A program made the position numbers and the translations under genes. This document shows, piece by piece, positions 29,709-43,333 of a DNA stretch of 64,000 bases (positions are counted from its first letter, which is position 1; every line of letters begins with the position of its first letter). The notes beneath the pieces were generated by a model, which ran no database searches, was not told the origin of the DNA, and was given only the letters and a program-made list of their open reading frames with translations. This stretch comes from an uncultured Bacillales bacterium (GTDB taxonomy: Bacteria; Bacillota_I; Bacilli_A; RF39; UBA660), in contig CAMKGA010000005.1 of assembly GCA_946412015.1 (NCBI GenBank), positions 2,265 to 66,264 of the forward strand, in the 5' to 3' direction.

Positions 29709-30458
29709 ATGAAAGCAGTAATTGGTATTGTTCCCGGAGTTAGAAGAAATGATAATAATCCATATGAATTTAAATATATATTTTTAAATAGTTATTCAAA
29801 AATGACAACTAAATGTGGGGCTGTTCCATTCGGATTATTATTAAGTGATGAAGATGTATTAGATGAACAATTAAATATGTGTGATGGTTTTTTATTTCCA
29901 GGTGGTAAAAAATTAGAAAGAGCCCATTTTGATATAATATTGCACGCTCTAAAGTATAATAAGCCAATACTTGGTATATGTTTAGGTATGCAAGTTTTAA
30001 ATTTCTTTAGTGTATTAAAAGATATTTTGGTTAAAAGGAATATATCTATTAATAAAGAAAATTTATGGAAAATTTTTAATGAGGTTGAAAATGAAGATTT
30101 TTTTAAATTAAAAGATATTAAAACCCCAAATATCCATGGATATGAAATTATGCAAGATATAAAAGAATGTAACTATGATACTTTAAAAGAATCTATTCAC
30201 GATATAAATATTGATAATAATAGTATCTTATATGATATTTATAAAACTAATAAAAAAAGTGTATTATCTCTTCATTTAAAACAAGTAACAAATGTAGGTA
30301 GTGATTTTAAAGTAACTGCAAGAGCAAATGATAACATAATAGAAGCATTAGAGTATAAAGATAAATCATACTTTATTATAGGAGTACAATATCATCCTGA
30401 GCTAGATGATGATAAAATATTTAAATACTTTATAAATGAGGTTACAAAACGTGTTTAA
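29709..30458 (+). CDS. class I glutamine amidotransferase-like, peptidase C26 / gamma-glutamyl hydrolase family
   Basis: 249 aa. It has the nucleophile elbow ILGICLGMQ and QYHPE. Confidence 0.75.
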   Translation: MKAVIGIVPGVRRNDNNPYEFKYIFLNSYSKMTTKCGAVPFGLLLSDEDVLDEQLNMCDGFLFPGGKKLERAHFDIILHALKYNKPILGICLGMQVLNFFSVLKDILVKRNISINKENLWKIFNEVENEDFFKLKDIKTPNIHGYEIMQDIKECNYDTLKESIHDINIDNNSILYDIYKTNKKSVLSLHLKQVTNVGSDFKVTARANDNIIEALEYKDKSYFIIGVQYHPELDDDKIFKYFINEVTKRV

Positions 30459-31374
30459 ATATTCTAATACTAATAAAAGGTATTATACTCTAGATTATTA
30501 TTACAAGCACAAATTCTCATCCAAAGTAGCTAAAATAAATTTGGATGCTAATTTTACCTGTCCAAATATTGATGGCAAAAAAGGATTTGGCGGATGTATA
30601 TATTGTTTAAATGGTAGTAGTGACTTTAAAGAAAACGTTCCACTTTTAGAACAATTTCAAATAAGAAAAGGAATAATGTTAAATAAATGGCCAAATAGTA
30701 AATTAATTGGATACTTTCAGGCTAATACTAATACATATGATAAACTTGAGAAATTAAAAGAAAGATATGAGCTTATTTTAAAACAAAAAGATGTAATTGG
30801 TCTTTCTATTGCAACAAGAGCTGATTCAATAAGCGATGAGGTACTTGATTATTTAACTGAATTAAATAATAGAACCTATCTTACTATTGAGCTTGGTCTT
30901 CAGACAATACATGATGAAACAGCAAAATTAATTAATAGATGTCATACTTTAGATTGCTTTTATAATATGGTACATAAACTAAGAGAAAGAAATATTGATG
31001 TTGTAGTTCATATTATTAATGGACTTCCGAATGAAACTAAAGATATGATGATTGAAACTGTTAAATATTTAAGTAATTTAGATATTCAAGGAATTAAAAT
31101 ACATATGTTATCTATTGTAAAAAATACTAAATTAGCTCATATGTATAAAGATAATCCATTTAAAATATTAAGTATGGATGAGTATATAGATATTGTATGT
31201 GATCAAATAGAATATTTACGTGAAGATATTGTTATACACAGATTAACGGGTGATCCAATTAAAGAAGAATTAATAGAACCTAGTTGGATATTAAATAAAA
31301 TAAGTGTTTTAAATGGTATAGATAAAGAATTAAAAAGAAGAAATACATATCAAGGAATAAAATACAAAAAATAA
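30436..31374 (+). CDS. TIGR01212-family radical SAM protein (YtqA/YhcC-like)
   Basis: 312 aa. It has CPNIDGKKGFGGCIYC, the cluster spacing typical of TIGR01212. An alternative GTG start at 30451 is possible. Confidence 0.75.
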   Translation: MRLQNVFKYSNTNKRYYTLDYYYKHKFSSKVAKINLDANFTCPNIDGKKGFGGCIYCLNGSSDFKENVPLLEQFQIRKGIMLNKWPNSKLIGYFQANTNTYDKLEKLKERYELILKQKDVIGLSIATRADSISDEVLDYLTELNNRTYLTIELGLQTIHDETAKLINRCHTLDCFYNMVHKLRERNIDVVVHIINGLPNETKDMMIETVKYLSNLDIQGIKIHMLSIVKNTKLAHMYKDNPFKILSMDEYIDIVCDQIEYLREDIVIHRLTGDPIKEELIEPSWILNKISVLNGIDKELKRRNTYQGIKYKK

Positions 31375-31398
31375 AAGATTTTAAATCTTTTATTTTTA

Positions 31399-32013
31399 TT
31401 ATCTAATTACATATTTGTAACGACTGCCATCAGCCATTTTTATGATTATATATAGTTTTGATGTAGTATCTGTTTCAACAACTTCTGGACATTCAACTAA
31501 GCTATGAACATCAAGTGTTTCTAATGGTGCAATACTTGTAATATTAGCATATGTAAAACTTGATCTATTTTCTTTCCCTACTATTAGAGAGCCATTATAT
31601 TTATATCCATCATTATAATCTGCCTCTACATTATAAACCTCATCTGCTTCTAAATCTTGTTTTTGAAGATTCTTTATATCAGCATCAACGTGAATATAAA
31701 CCTTTCCACTAGCTGCTGGATAATGCATATAAAAGCTTGCTGGATTATCTGGATTTACATCATATGAAAGTTCAACTTTTCTTAATGTAAATTCAAAATT
31801 TTTAGTTGTAACAGTTTGACCTACACTAATACTTTTAGCACTACTAGAATTATCTTTTGTAACTTTAACATCATCTTTAGCTTTTTCAATAGTTTCTTCA
31901 GCTTGTTTAATATTATTTTTAGCTTGATTTATAAGTTTACTAGAATTACCACATCCAGTTAAAATTAAAAATGAAGATAAAACAATTGCACCAAATACCA
32001 TTTTCTTTTTCAT
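31399..32013 (-). CDS. lipoprotein, function unknown
   Basis: It has a signal peptide with the lipobox LTGC. The ATG at 32013 follows GGAG at an 8-nt spacing. Confidence 0.65.
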   Translation of the reverse strand: MKKKMVFGAIVLSSFLILTGCGNSSKLINQAKNNIKQAEETIEKAKDDVKVTKDNSSSAKSISVGQTVTTKNFEFTLRKVELSYDVNPDNPASFYMHYPAASGKVYIHVDADIKNLQKQDLEADEVYNVEADYNDGYKYNGSLIVGKENRSSFTYANITSIAPLETLDVHSLVECPEVVETDTTSKLYIIIKMADGSRYKYVIR

Positions 32014-32078
32014 AAAACACACTCCTATCTAAAATGATTATCTCATGTTTAATGCTTATTGTCAACTAAAAAGAAGCG

Positions 32079-33629
32079 TTATTTTGCTTCCTCAACAGCT
32101 CTCGTTTCTCTTATTACTGTTACTTTTATTGTGCCTGGATATTGTAATTCTTGCTCTATATTATTTTTTATATCACGAGCAACCTTATGTGCTTTTTTAT
32201 CATCTACCTCATCTGGTTTTACAACAACTCTAAGCTCACGACCAGCTTGCATTGCATATGACTTATCAACTCCAGGTATTTTATCCGCAATACCTTCAAG
32301 TTCTTGTAATCTTTGAACATAATTTTCTAAAGAATCATTTCTAGCTCCAGGACGAGATGCAGATAAGCTATCCGCTATTGCAACAATTGCTGAAATTACA
32401 CTTGTCGCCTCAGTATCGCCATGGTGAGATTCTATTGCATTTATAACAATTTCATTTTCTTTATATTTTTTAGCTAAGTTAGAACCAATTTCAACATGAC
32501 TTCCTTCAATTTCATGGTCCACTGATTTACCAATATCATGAAGTAATCCTGCTCTTTTAGCTAAATTAACATTTTCTCCTAATTCTGATGCCATCACTCC
32601 CGATAATGATGCAACTTCAATAGAATGTCTTAAAGCATTTTGTCCAAAACTTGTTCTAAAATTCAATCTTCCAATTAATTCAATTAATTCTGGTTCCATT
32701 TTAGCAATACCAAGTTCAAATAAAGCATTTTCACCATATTCCATTATTTTAGTATTCATATCTTTAGATACTTTATCATATATCTCTTCAATACGAGCTG
32801 GATGAATTCTTCCATCTTTAATCAAAGTTTCTAAAGTCACTCTTGCAATTTCTCTTCTTAAAGGATCAAAAGAAGATAAAACTATACTCTCAGGAGTATC
32901 ATCAATAATTAGATCTACACCTGTCACTGCTTCTATTGTACGTATATTTCTACCCTCACGGCCAATAATTCTTCCCTTCATATCATCATTTGGAAGATTT
33001 ACAACAGTTACAGTTTGTTCACCTGCAACATCACTTGCATATTTTTGCATACACTCAACAAGCATCCCTTTTGCTTTTTTATCAGCAACCATTTTAGCTT
33101 CTGATTCTCTTTCCTTAATATAGGAAGATATTTCTAAGTCCATTTCTTCTTCTACTCTTTTTAATACTAAGTCTCGTGCAACTTCCTTTGAATAACCAGA
33201 AATTTTCTCTAATAAATCCAGTTGTTCTTGTTTAATTTGTTCCACTTTTGCTTGTTCACCTTGAATATTATCTTGTTTTTCTTGTAATTTTTTTTCTTTT
33301 TCATCAAGCATATTTTCACGATTCTGCAAATTTTCATCACGTCTATCAATATTTTCTTCTCTATTTGCAAGACGTTTTTCACTTTCTTTTATTTCTTGCT
33401 TTTTTTCTTTTAAATCGTTTTCTATTTCTTCTTTATATTGTTTTGCTTCAGCCTTTGCTTCACTTAAAGCATTACTTTTTAACTCTTCTGCATCATCATA
33501 AGCTTTTTTTAAAATATCATTAGCCTTTTCTTGCTTTTTTGAATTTTTTATATTTATAATTACAAACATTACTATTAAACCAGTAATAATTCCAATAATG
33601 AATAACAAAATGGAGATTGTATTTATCAT
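32079..33629 (-). CDS. rny: ribonuclease Y
   Basis: 516 aa. It has an N-terminal TM helix, a coiled coil, a KH domain ([11 protein letters not shown]) and an HD domain (LLHDIGK). Confidence 0.95.
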   Translation of the reverse strand: MINTISILLFIIGIITGLIVMFVIINIKNSKKQEKANDILKKAYDDAEELKSNALSEAKAEAKQYKEEIENDLKEKKQEIKESEKRLANREENIDRRDENLQNRENMLDEKEKKLQEKQDNIQGEQAKVEQIKQEQLDLLEKISGYSKEVARDLVLKRVEEEMDLEISSYIKERESEAKMVADKKAKGMLVECMQKYASDVAGEQTVTVVNLPNDDMKGRIIGREGRNIRTIEAVTGVDLIIDDTPESIVLSSFDPLRREIARVTLETLIKDGRIHPARIEEIYDKVSKDMNTKIMEYGENALFELGIAKMEPELIELIGRLNFRTSFGQNALRHSIEVASLSGVMASELGENVNLAKRAGLLHDIGKSVDHEIEGSHVEIGSNLAKKYKENEIVINAIESHHGDTEATSVISAIVAIADSLSASRPGARNDSLENYVQRLQELEGIADKIPGVDKSYAMQAGRELRVVVKPDEVDDKKAHKVARDIKNNIEQELQYPGTIKVTVIRETRAVEEAK

Positions 33630-33775
33630 ATTTATACCTCCAATTATTAATATAGATAGACTTGCTATCTAATACTAGTTTAATAGATATTAAAAAAAAA
33701 ATCAAGTATTAAAAAATTTGTATATTATTTTCTTTTAATATACCAATGATCAATATTTAATAAAAAAATTCATAT

Positions 33776-34885
33776 TTAGTTTTCTAAATATGAATCTATC
33801 AATTTAAAATCATTTGTTTTTAGATTTGTAGTTGCTAATTCCTCAAACATTTTTTTCTGTTTTTTATCTATCTTAGTTGGAATTACAATATTTAAAACAA
33901 CATACATATCACCTTTAGTACTACTATTGATATGAGAAACGCCTCTATCCTTTATACGGTGTTTATCTCCATTTTGACTTCCAGCTGGAATATTTAATTT
34001 TACATTACCATAAAGCGTAGGTATTTCTTTTTTACATCCTAATACTGCATCAGTAACTGTTATTGGAAGTTCAAGATAAATATCATAATCATCACGAATA
34101 AATAAAGGATGATCTTTTACCATAAACTCTAAGTATAAATCTCCATCAGCACCACCATTTATACCACTATCGCCTTTACCTGCTAATCTTAATCTACTTC
34201 CATTATCAACACCAGCTGGTACTTTAACCTCTAGCTCTTTATTTTTTCTAACTGTACCATCACCATGACAACTTGTACATATTTTGTCAAAAGATGTACC
34301 CTTACCGTGACAATCAGGACAAGTAGTTTGACTCATAAAAGCACCTAGTATAGTTCTCTGCTCACGAGTCACAACACCTTTACCATGACAAGTTTTACAG
34401 CTGTGAGATCCAAACCCACCTTTTCCATTACACTTTTCACATTCATCGTTTACATCAATTTTAATTTTTTTCTTTGTTCCAAATACTGCTTCATCAAAAG
34501 ATAAATTAATACGCATTAATCTATCATTGCCGTCTTTAGCATCACTACGTGAACCACGTCTACCAAATCCACTAAATCCACCAAAACCTGATCCAAATAG
34601 TCCATCAAAAATATCACTGAAATCAAAGCCCGAAAAATCAAAACCAGCTCCACCATTCATAGAATCAAATGCTGCATGACCATATTGATCATATTGAGCT
34701 CTTTTAGTCTCATCAGACAATACTGCGTATGCTTCCTGTGCTTCTTTAAATTTTACTTCTGCATCTGGTTCTTTAGATACATCAGGGTGATATTTTTTTG
34801 CTAGTTTTCTAAAAGCTCTTTTTATTTCATCTTGTGATGCACCTTTAGAAACACCTAATACCTCATAATAATCTCTTTTATTCAT
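33776..34885 (-). CDS. dnaJ: molecular chaperone DnaJ
   Basis: It has a J domain with HPD (KYHPDV), a G/F-rich region and four CxxCxGxG repeats. Confidence 0.95.
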   Translation of the reverse strand: MNKRDYYEVLGVSKGASQDEIKRAFRKLAKKYHPDVSKEPDAEVKFKEAQEAYAVLSDETKRAQYDQYGHAAFDSMNGGAGFDFSGFDFSDIFDGLFGSGFGGFSGFGRRGSRSDAKDGNDRLMRINLSFDEAVFGTKKKIKIDVNDECEKCNGKGGFGSHSCKTCHGKGVVTREQRTILGAFMSQTTCPDCHGKGTSFDKICTSCHGDGTVRKNKELEVKVPAGVDNGSRLRLAGKGDSGINGGADGDLYLEFMVKDHPLFIRDDYDIYLELPITVTDAVLGCKKEIPTLYGNVKLNIPAGSQNGDKHRIKDRGVSHINSSTKGDMYVVLNIVIPTKIDKKQKKMFEELATTNLKTNDFKLIDSYLEN

Positions 34886-34898
34886 ACTACACCTACTT

Positions 34899-36680
34899 TC
34901 AAATTAAATCATTTAACTTATTAACCATAGAATCAAAATATTTAATTGCATTTTCATATACACATTTATCTTCTAGGTCAATATCTATTATTTTAAATAC
35001 ATCTAAAACATCTATATCAGAACCTGTTTTTAAGAATTTTAAGTATTTATCTAACATATCTTTATTACCATCTAATATTTTAGTTGCAACATTAGTAGCA
35101 ACACTAATACAAAATGTATAATTAAATAAATAATAATTCATATAATAGTGGCTTCTCCTAATCCAAGATAATCCTGATAATTCATCTAATATAACTTTAT
35201 CTCCATAATATTTTTTTAGTGATTCTATTTCTAACCCTTTCATATAATCTTTAGTAATAGTATTTCCATCATTTACATAATTATAAAAATCAAGTTCTAT
35301 TTTTCCTTCTCTAACTGCACCAAATAAATTAGAAATAATAACATCAATAATATTAGAAATACCTGCAATTTTTGTATCATTATCTTTAGCATTATTAGCT
35401 AAATAATTTGAAAGTAAACATTCATTAGTTAAAGATGCAACCTCAGCAATTAAACTTGATACTCCTCTATATTCTAAAGGATTTTCTTCTGCAACATACT
35501 GATGATGTACATTATGTCCTCCTTCATGGATAATTGTTGAAATTGACTCTAAATCATAATTATAACTCATAAGTATTCTTGAATCTCTATCTAAAGGCGC
35601 AAACGAATACCCGCCAGAACATTTAGATGGATACTGAGCATAATCTATATATCTATTTTCAAATATCTTTTTAAAATGATTAACATAATCTTCTCCTAAA
35701 GGTTTAATAACCTCAAGACATAACTCTTGTGCTTCTTCTATACTATATTCTTTTTTAGATGAAGTAAAATCTAGGCCAAGATCATATTGATATAGATTAT
35801 CCAGTTTAAATCTTTTCTTATAAACATCGTAATATTTTTTTAAACTAGCTACAGAATTTTCAACTACATTAATTAGTGCACTATATGCTTTATCAGTTAA
35901 TTTTAATCCAAATAATTTTGCATCCCAGGCATCTTTAAAATTATGCAATTTAGATAATGTTATGCTAGATTTTACATATCCATTTAAAAACTGGGAAGAA
36001 GATACTCCATATCTATCAATAACTTTTGTAAATTTTTCTCTTACTTCTTTTCTTAAATTTCTATCCTCATTTTTCATTAATCTACGATAATTTGTAGTTG
36101 TAATCTTTTCTTTTTCACCATCAATTATAATATCTCCATAGTCATGTTCAGAGTTTAACATCGTAGATGACATATCTTCAAAATGATTCATTGCATTTGT
36201 AAGTTCACTAATAATATTTTCACTTTTCTCATCTAAAATATGTTCTTTATTACGATATATATCATCTAATGATTTTTTAAATTCTAATAATTTATCATCT
36301 TTAAATAAATCATTATATTCATCAGTTGATAACTTTAATAACTCTGGATTAAAAAAACTAACATTTAACGAATATAAATTATATAAATCACTTGTTTTAT
36401 TCTTTCTATCTATGCTTTTAGAATTACCTAATTCTTGATCATTAATTAAATAAGAATATATATATAATCTTTCAACTAAAGCTATAGTATTTATATCTTT
36501 AGTTAAAAACTCTAAAAGCTTATCTTTATCTTTTGTACATCCAACATATTTTTTTAATTCAGCAACATCCTTTTTTGCTTTTTTATATGATTTTTCAAAA
36601 TCAGTATCATCTTTAAATAAATCAGTTAAATCCCACTTATACTTCTCTTCTACATCAGCTCTAGTTTTGTATTTCTTCAT
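34899..36680 (-). CDS. pepF: oligoendopeptidase F (M3B)
   Basis: 593 aa. It has the zinc motif HEGGH, and its length and layout match PepF. Confidence 0.8.
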   Translation of the reverse strand: MKKYKTRADVEEKYKWDLTDLFKDDTDFEKSYKKAKKDVAELKKYVGCTKDKDKLLEFLTKDINTIALVERLYIYSYLINDQELGNSKSIDRKNKTSDLYNLYSLNVSFFNPELLKLSTDEYNDLFKDDKLLEFKKSLDDIYRNKEHILDEKSENIISELTNAMNHFEDMSSTMLNSEHDYGDIIIDGEKEKITTTNYRRLMKNEDRNLRKEVREKFTKVIDRYGVSSSQFLNGYVKSSITLSKLHNFKDAWDAKLFGLKLTDKAYSALINVVENSVASLKKYYDVYKKRFKLDNLYQYDLGLDFTSSKKEYSIEEAQELCLEVIKPLGEDYVNHFKKIFENRYIDYAQYPSKCSGGYSFAPLDRDSRILMSYNYDLESISTIIHEGGHNVHHQYVAEENPLEYRGVSSLIAEVASLTNECLLSNYLANNAKDNDTKIAGISNIIDVIISNLFGAVREGKIELDFYNYVNDGNTITKDYMKGLEIESLKKYYGDKVILDELSGLSWIRRSHYYMNYYLFNYTFCISVATNVATKILDGNKDMLDKYLKFLKTGSDIDVLDVFKIIDIDLEDKCVYENAIKYFDSMVNKLNDLI

Positions 36681-36735
36681 ATTATCTCCAATCTAATTAA
36701 TTATAGAAACAAAGTTCTAGTTACCTAGAACTTCA

Positions 36736-39073
<2,338 letters not shown>

Positions 39074-39074
<1 letters not shown>

Positions 39075-39754
39075 TACTGACTTACCTTAACCATAGCTGG
39101 TCTAATAACTTTATCTTTGTATAGATACCCTTTTTGTAATACTTCAATTACCATACCAGGTTCAACACCATCTTTTTCTTCCATTATAACAGCATTATGA
39201 TAATTTGGATCAAAAGGTTTATTAGCACCATCTATAGCTTTTACATCAAACTTCTCCAAAATGTTTTGAATACTACAGTATACCATTTGATAACCTTCAG
39301 TAAATTTTACAAACTCAGGTTCACTATGGTCTTCTGCAAGTTTTAATGCTCTTTCAAAATTATCTGCAACCGGAAGTAAATCTTTGATAATATCTTCATT
39401 ACAAAATTTAAGAAGTCTAGACACCTCTTCATCTTTTCGTTTACGGTAATTAATATTATCCGCACTAAGCATAAGATTTTTTTCTTCCAACTCTTTTATC
39501 TTAGCTTCATATTCTTTTAACTTTTCATCGTTTTTCTTAAAAAATTTCTTTTTTTCTTTCTTCTTATCTTTTTTATCTTTCTTGCATTTGCACTCATCAC
39601 CGCAAGCGCAATCATCACCACACGTGCACTCATCACCACAAGTACAATTCTCACTGCACTTATCATCTTTTGTACAATCGCAGTTATCACCACAGTTACA
39701 TTCTTCAGTACAATTGCATTCTTTATCTTTTAATTCTTCTTTTTCCTCTTTCAC
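39074..39754 (-). CDS. grpE: nucleotide exchange factor GrpE with Cys-rich N-terminal extension
   Basis: The C-terminal ~150 aa is a typical GrpE (coiled coil plus beta domain, ...GYLYKDKVIRPAMVKV). Residues 12-57 carry 15 Cys in CxC/CxCGDxC repeats. Confidence 0.85.
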
Positions 39755-39763
39755 AAATACCTC

Positions 39764-40750
39764 CTATTTTTCAATATTCTCCATTATATAATTAAGAAGG
39801 GTAATTACTCTATCATACTCCATACGCTTTGGTCCAATTAAAGCAATAGTACCTTCCTCACCATTTACTTGATATTTAGTTTTAATAACAGTTACATCAT
39901 CATCAAAGTTATTTTCACTGCCAATATATATGTTAATACCATTATCCTCTTCTTTAATGCTTTCAACCATATCTTTATCTTCAAACTTACTAACAATTTC
40001 ACGAATCTTATCAACGTCATTAAATTCTGGTTGCATAAGCATATTTTTAGTTCCACTAGTCTTAACATTTTCATAAGCAAAATCTGTAAATGCATTATAG
40101 AAAGCATTATATAATACTTCGTGTTGCTTTACATAATTTCCTATTATTGGTTTTACCTCAAACTCCAGAACTGAACTAACCTCATCTAAAGAGGTTCCTA
40201 CAATTAACTTATTTATAAGTTCAACTGTCTGTTTAACATCCTTCATATCAACAACTGCATCAATATATATATTTTTATGTTCTACATTACCCTTATCAGT
40301 AACAACTATAGCTACCAAATTTTTTTCATCAATTGGTACTACCTCTACTTTACTAATTAAATTATTCTTAGAGTGAGTACCTAAAACTACTGCAGCATAT
40401 GAAGTTAACTCTGATATAATCTCCATACTTTTTTCAATAACATCACTAACTACCAATGATTTATTATTTACAATTGTTTGTAATTTAAGCATATCATCTC
40501 CAGTTAGTTCTTTTGGTACCATTATATTATCAACATAATATCTATAACCCTTTTCACTAGGAACACGCCCTGATGAAATATGAGTTTTCTCCAGTAACCC
40601 GATATCTTCTAAATTACTCATCTCAGCTCTTACTGTTGCAGATGAACAGCCTAATATATCACATATTGATTTAGAAGATATTGGCCGTGCTGTCTTAATA
40701 TAATCCTCAACAATAATCTTAAGTAATTCTTCTTGCCTTTTTGACAACAT
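39764..40750 (-). CDS. hrcA: heat-inducible transcription repressor HrcA
   Basis: 328 aa. It has an N-terminal winged helix (LSKRQEELLKIIVEDYIKTARPISS). CIRCE elements lie upstream. Confidence 0.9.
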   Translation of the reverse strand: MLSKRQEELLKIIVEDYIKTARPISSKSICDILGCSSATVRAEMSNLEDIGLLEKTHISSGRVPSEKGYRYYVDNIMVPKELTGDDMLKLQTIVNNKSLVVSDVIEKSMEIISELTSYAAVVLGTHSKNNLISKVEVVPIDEKNLVAIVVTDKGNVEHKNIYIDAVVDMKDVKQTVELINKLIVGTSLDEVSSVLEFEVKPIIGNYVKQHEVLYNAFYNAFTDFAYENVKTSGTKNMLMQPEFNDVDKIREIVSKFEDKDMVESIKEEDNGINIYIGSENNFDDDVTVIKTKYQVNGEEGTIALIGPKRMEYDRVITLLNYIMENIEK

Positions 40751-40772
40751 AACAACACCTACTTATCTTTTT

Positions 40773-40799
40773 TTAGCAATCCAATTTCCTAACTGCTAA
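40773..40799. promoter_or_regulatory. CIRCE-like operator 1 (5' UTR of hrcA)
   Basis: TTAGCAATC-N9-AACTGCTAA, compared with the consensus TTAGCACTC-N9-GAGTGCTAA. Confidence 0.6.
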
Positions 40800-40819
40800 A
40801 AACATATTACCATACATTT

Positions 40820-40846
40820 TTAGCATTGTCAAGTATTGAGTGCTAA
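40820..40846. promoter_or_regulatory. CIRCE operator 2, overlapping the -35 of the hrcA promoter
   Basis: TTAGCATTG-N9-GAGTGCTAA. The promoter is TTGACA (reverse complement of 40827-40832), 17 nt, then TAATAT (reverse complement of 40804-40809). Confidence 0.75.
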
Positions 40847-40940
40847 AAAGTTAAAAAAGCAAACTTTATTTTATAATTTTTTCAGTTTAGTTTTTTTCTA
40901 TATATAATAAAAAAAGCAAGAATATCTTGCACCAATTTTA

Positions 40941-41919
40941 TTATATATAATAAGGGTTTTTTAATAATTTTTTTAATTTAGTTCCTACTTCTTCTATAGA
41001 TTCATCTTTTATTTTAGTAGCACCAGAATGCTCATTACCTCCACCTTGAAGTTGACTCATTACCTCTCCTACATTAAGCATTCCTTTAGATCTAGCTGAA
41101 ATAGATATAACATCATCACTAATCTTTCCCATAGCAAATACTGCATCAAGACCATATCTTAATGAATAATCTGCAGCTTTAGCAAGTTCTACAGCTTCTA
41201 CTATTTCATTCTCATCAGCAATAATAGTTCCTACTGTATAATGATTAATATCTAATTTATTAACTAAATTTTGTACTCTTCTATCACTAGTAAAATCCTC
41301 TGTAAAAAAGTCAGCAACTCTATTAATAGATGCACCACTATCTATTAATTTAGATACAGTTTTAAACGTATCAGACGATGTGTTTTTAGTAAGCTTATTA
41401 GTATCAAGATAAATTCCTGCAAGCAAGTAATTAGCAATAGAAGCTGGTATTTTTATTTTTAACATAGTAATTAATTTAGTTACTATTTCGGATGCACTAG
41501 ACATTTTAGTATTTATATATTTATAACTTGCGTTTACAGTATTTTCATTTTCATTATGATGATCTATAATCAATATATTATCATTTAATATATCATTTAC
41601 ACTTATTAAATTCTTTTTATTTACATCAGTTAAAATAAATAAATCATCACTATTTTTTTCTTTTAAATATTTATTTTTATCAATTACTAAATTTGATTCT
41701 CTATTTAACTCATCAACAATGATTTTTACCCCTGGATCAACCATAGATAAATTATCATTTACAATAATTTTAGATTCCTTTTTATACTTTTTTTGCAATC
41801 AAAGTAAGCCCCGCTGCAGATCCAATTGCATCAAAATCAGGATTATTATGTGGTATTAAAATAACCTTATGACATTTTAAAATCCTATCTGATGCATAGA
41901 CTTTTAAATCATTTATCAT
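40941..41919 (-). pseudogene. DHH/DHHA1 phosphoesterase (NrnA-like) interrupted by a frameshift in a homopolymer
   Basis: The N-terminal 45 codons (MINDLKVYASDRILKCHKVILIPHNNPDFDAIGSAAGLTLIAKKV, good GAGGAG RBS) are in a different frame from the 285-aa body (IIDHHN, GGGNEHSGA). The frames join at the A7/T7 run at 41788-41794. Confidence 0.65.
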
Positions 41920-41978
41920 ATTATACTCCTCTTAATAAATAGTATTATATTATACTTTATTTTGAATGTAAATAACAA

Positions 41979-42641
41979 TTATTTAGTTTTTTTAAAATTA
42001 TCTTTGTAAATATTAACATTATTATCTATATTTATATCATATGACATATTATGTTTTTTTACTATAGAAATAATATCATTAAAATTCATATTTTTTTCTT
42101 TATTATTTTCTTGATTAACAATAAGTATAACCTTATCTTCAAGTTTTATAAGTCCTTTAAAAGTTCTCCCATCAACAGATATATTAGAATTATTATTTGT
42201 AATATACCCTAGATTTAAACTACTTAATACATTAGGATAATATTCCAAATAATTTACACCCTTACTTAATGAATCATCTAATGCATCATTTAATACATAC
42301 TCTTCCCTGGCAAACCATAATTCAGGAATAATATCTTTATCATTATATTCTATTACACTTGGCGAAAAAGTTACCTCACTATATGGCTTATTATTATCTT
42401 CTAAAAATTTAATAATATCCTCTTTTTTTGCTACACCACCACGCATAAGCATAATTAAAATATCACTTTCTTCATTATATAAAATTGTATCAAATTGTCT
42501 TGAATCAATATTTATATCGCCTATTTTAAATGAACAGGTCATATTTGAATAAATTATATTCATACCATCTTTTATTTGTTTTAATGCAGTAATTAATTCT
42601 TCAGGGTAATATTGTATTGCCCATATATCTAAATTGCTCAT
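41979..42641 (-). CDS. hypothetical protein
   Basis: 220-aa ORF with a GGAGGAG RBS. No motif is recognised. Confidence 0.5.
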   Translation of the reverse strand: MSNLDIWAIQYYPEELITALKQIKDGMNIIYSNMTCSFKIGDINIDSRQFDTILYNEESDILIMLMRGGVAKKEDIIKFLEDNNKPYSEVTFSPSVIEYNDKDIIPELWFAREEYVLNDALDDSLSKGVNYLEYYPNVLSSLNLGYITNNNSNISVDGRTFKGLIKLEDKVILIVNQENNKEKNMNFNDIISIVKKHNMSYDINIDNNVNIYKDNFKKTK

Positions 42642-42689
42642 AACTCCTCCTATTTACTGATAAATTATACAATTGAATAAACTTATTGT

Positions 42690-43295
42690 CAACCACCCTG
42701 TACTAAAGGTACAGGGCTTGTTCTGAAGCTGAAAGCTTACTATGAGAGTAAACTCTATTTTATCACTAATTTATTCCACTATTTTAAAATTCTCATCATA
42801 TTCATCTTCTTGATTTTTGATATATTCCTTTATAATATTCCTTGTAACTGTACCTACACTCCTACAAAAGTATCCACTTGCCCACAAATGTCGTCCCCAA
42901 TATCTCTTTCTTAATTCTTTAAATTCAATCTGTAAAGTTCTTGATGTCTTACCTTTTAATTGTTGTACAAGCTTAGACACTGACAAACTTGGTGGACAAC
43001 TTACTAACAAATGAATATGTTCCTTACCTATAGAGCCTTTTATTATATTAACATTCATACTATTACAACTTTGTATTACAAGTTTTCTTGCTCTTTCTGC
43101 TATTTTTCCTACTATCACTCTATATCTGTATTTCGTTGTCCACACAATATGATATTCTATATCATATTGTACATGTGAGCTTTTTCTCATTGCAATCGCC
43201 TCTCTTTAGTTGTATATTGTACAACAATTAAAAGGCTTATGGCAATGAATTACCTCTAAATTCTTAAGAATTTACGTGCTAAAGCACGTAGCCTG
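42690..43295 (-). mobile_element. IS200-type element (IS200/IS605 family, tnpA only; boundaries approximate)
   Basis: The Y1 transposase ORF is flanked by terminal hairpins: CCCTGTAC-TAAAG-GTACAGGG (42696-42716) and TACGTGC-TAAA-GCACGTA (43273-43290). There is also an RBS-proximal stem, GTTGTA..TACAAC. Confidence 0.6.
42771..43190 (-). CDS. tnpA: IS200/IS605-family Y1 transposase TnpA
   Basis: 139 aa. It has YHIVWTTKYRY, an HUH region (EHIHLLVS) and a catalytic Tyr region (SGYFCRSVG). Confidence 0.9.
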   Translation of the reverse strand: MRKSSHVQYDIEYHIVWTTKYRYRVIVGKIAERARKLVIQSCNSMNVNIIKGSIGKEHIHLLVSCPPSLSVSKLVQQLKGKTSRTLQIEFKELRKRYWGRHLWASGYFCRSVGTVTRNIIKEYIKNQEDEYDENFKIVE

Positions 43296-43333
43296 AACTT
43301 ATTTCCCTAATGGTCAATAAAAAAAGGATAAAA

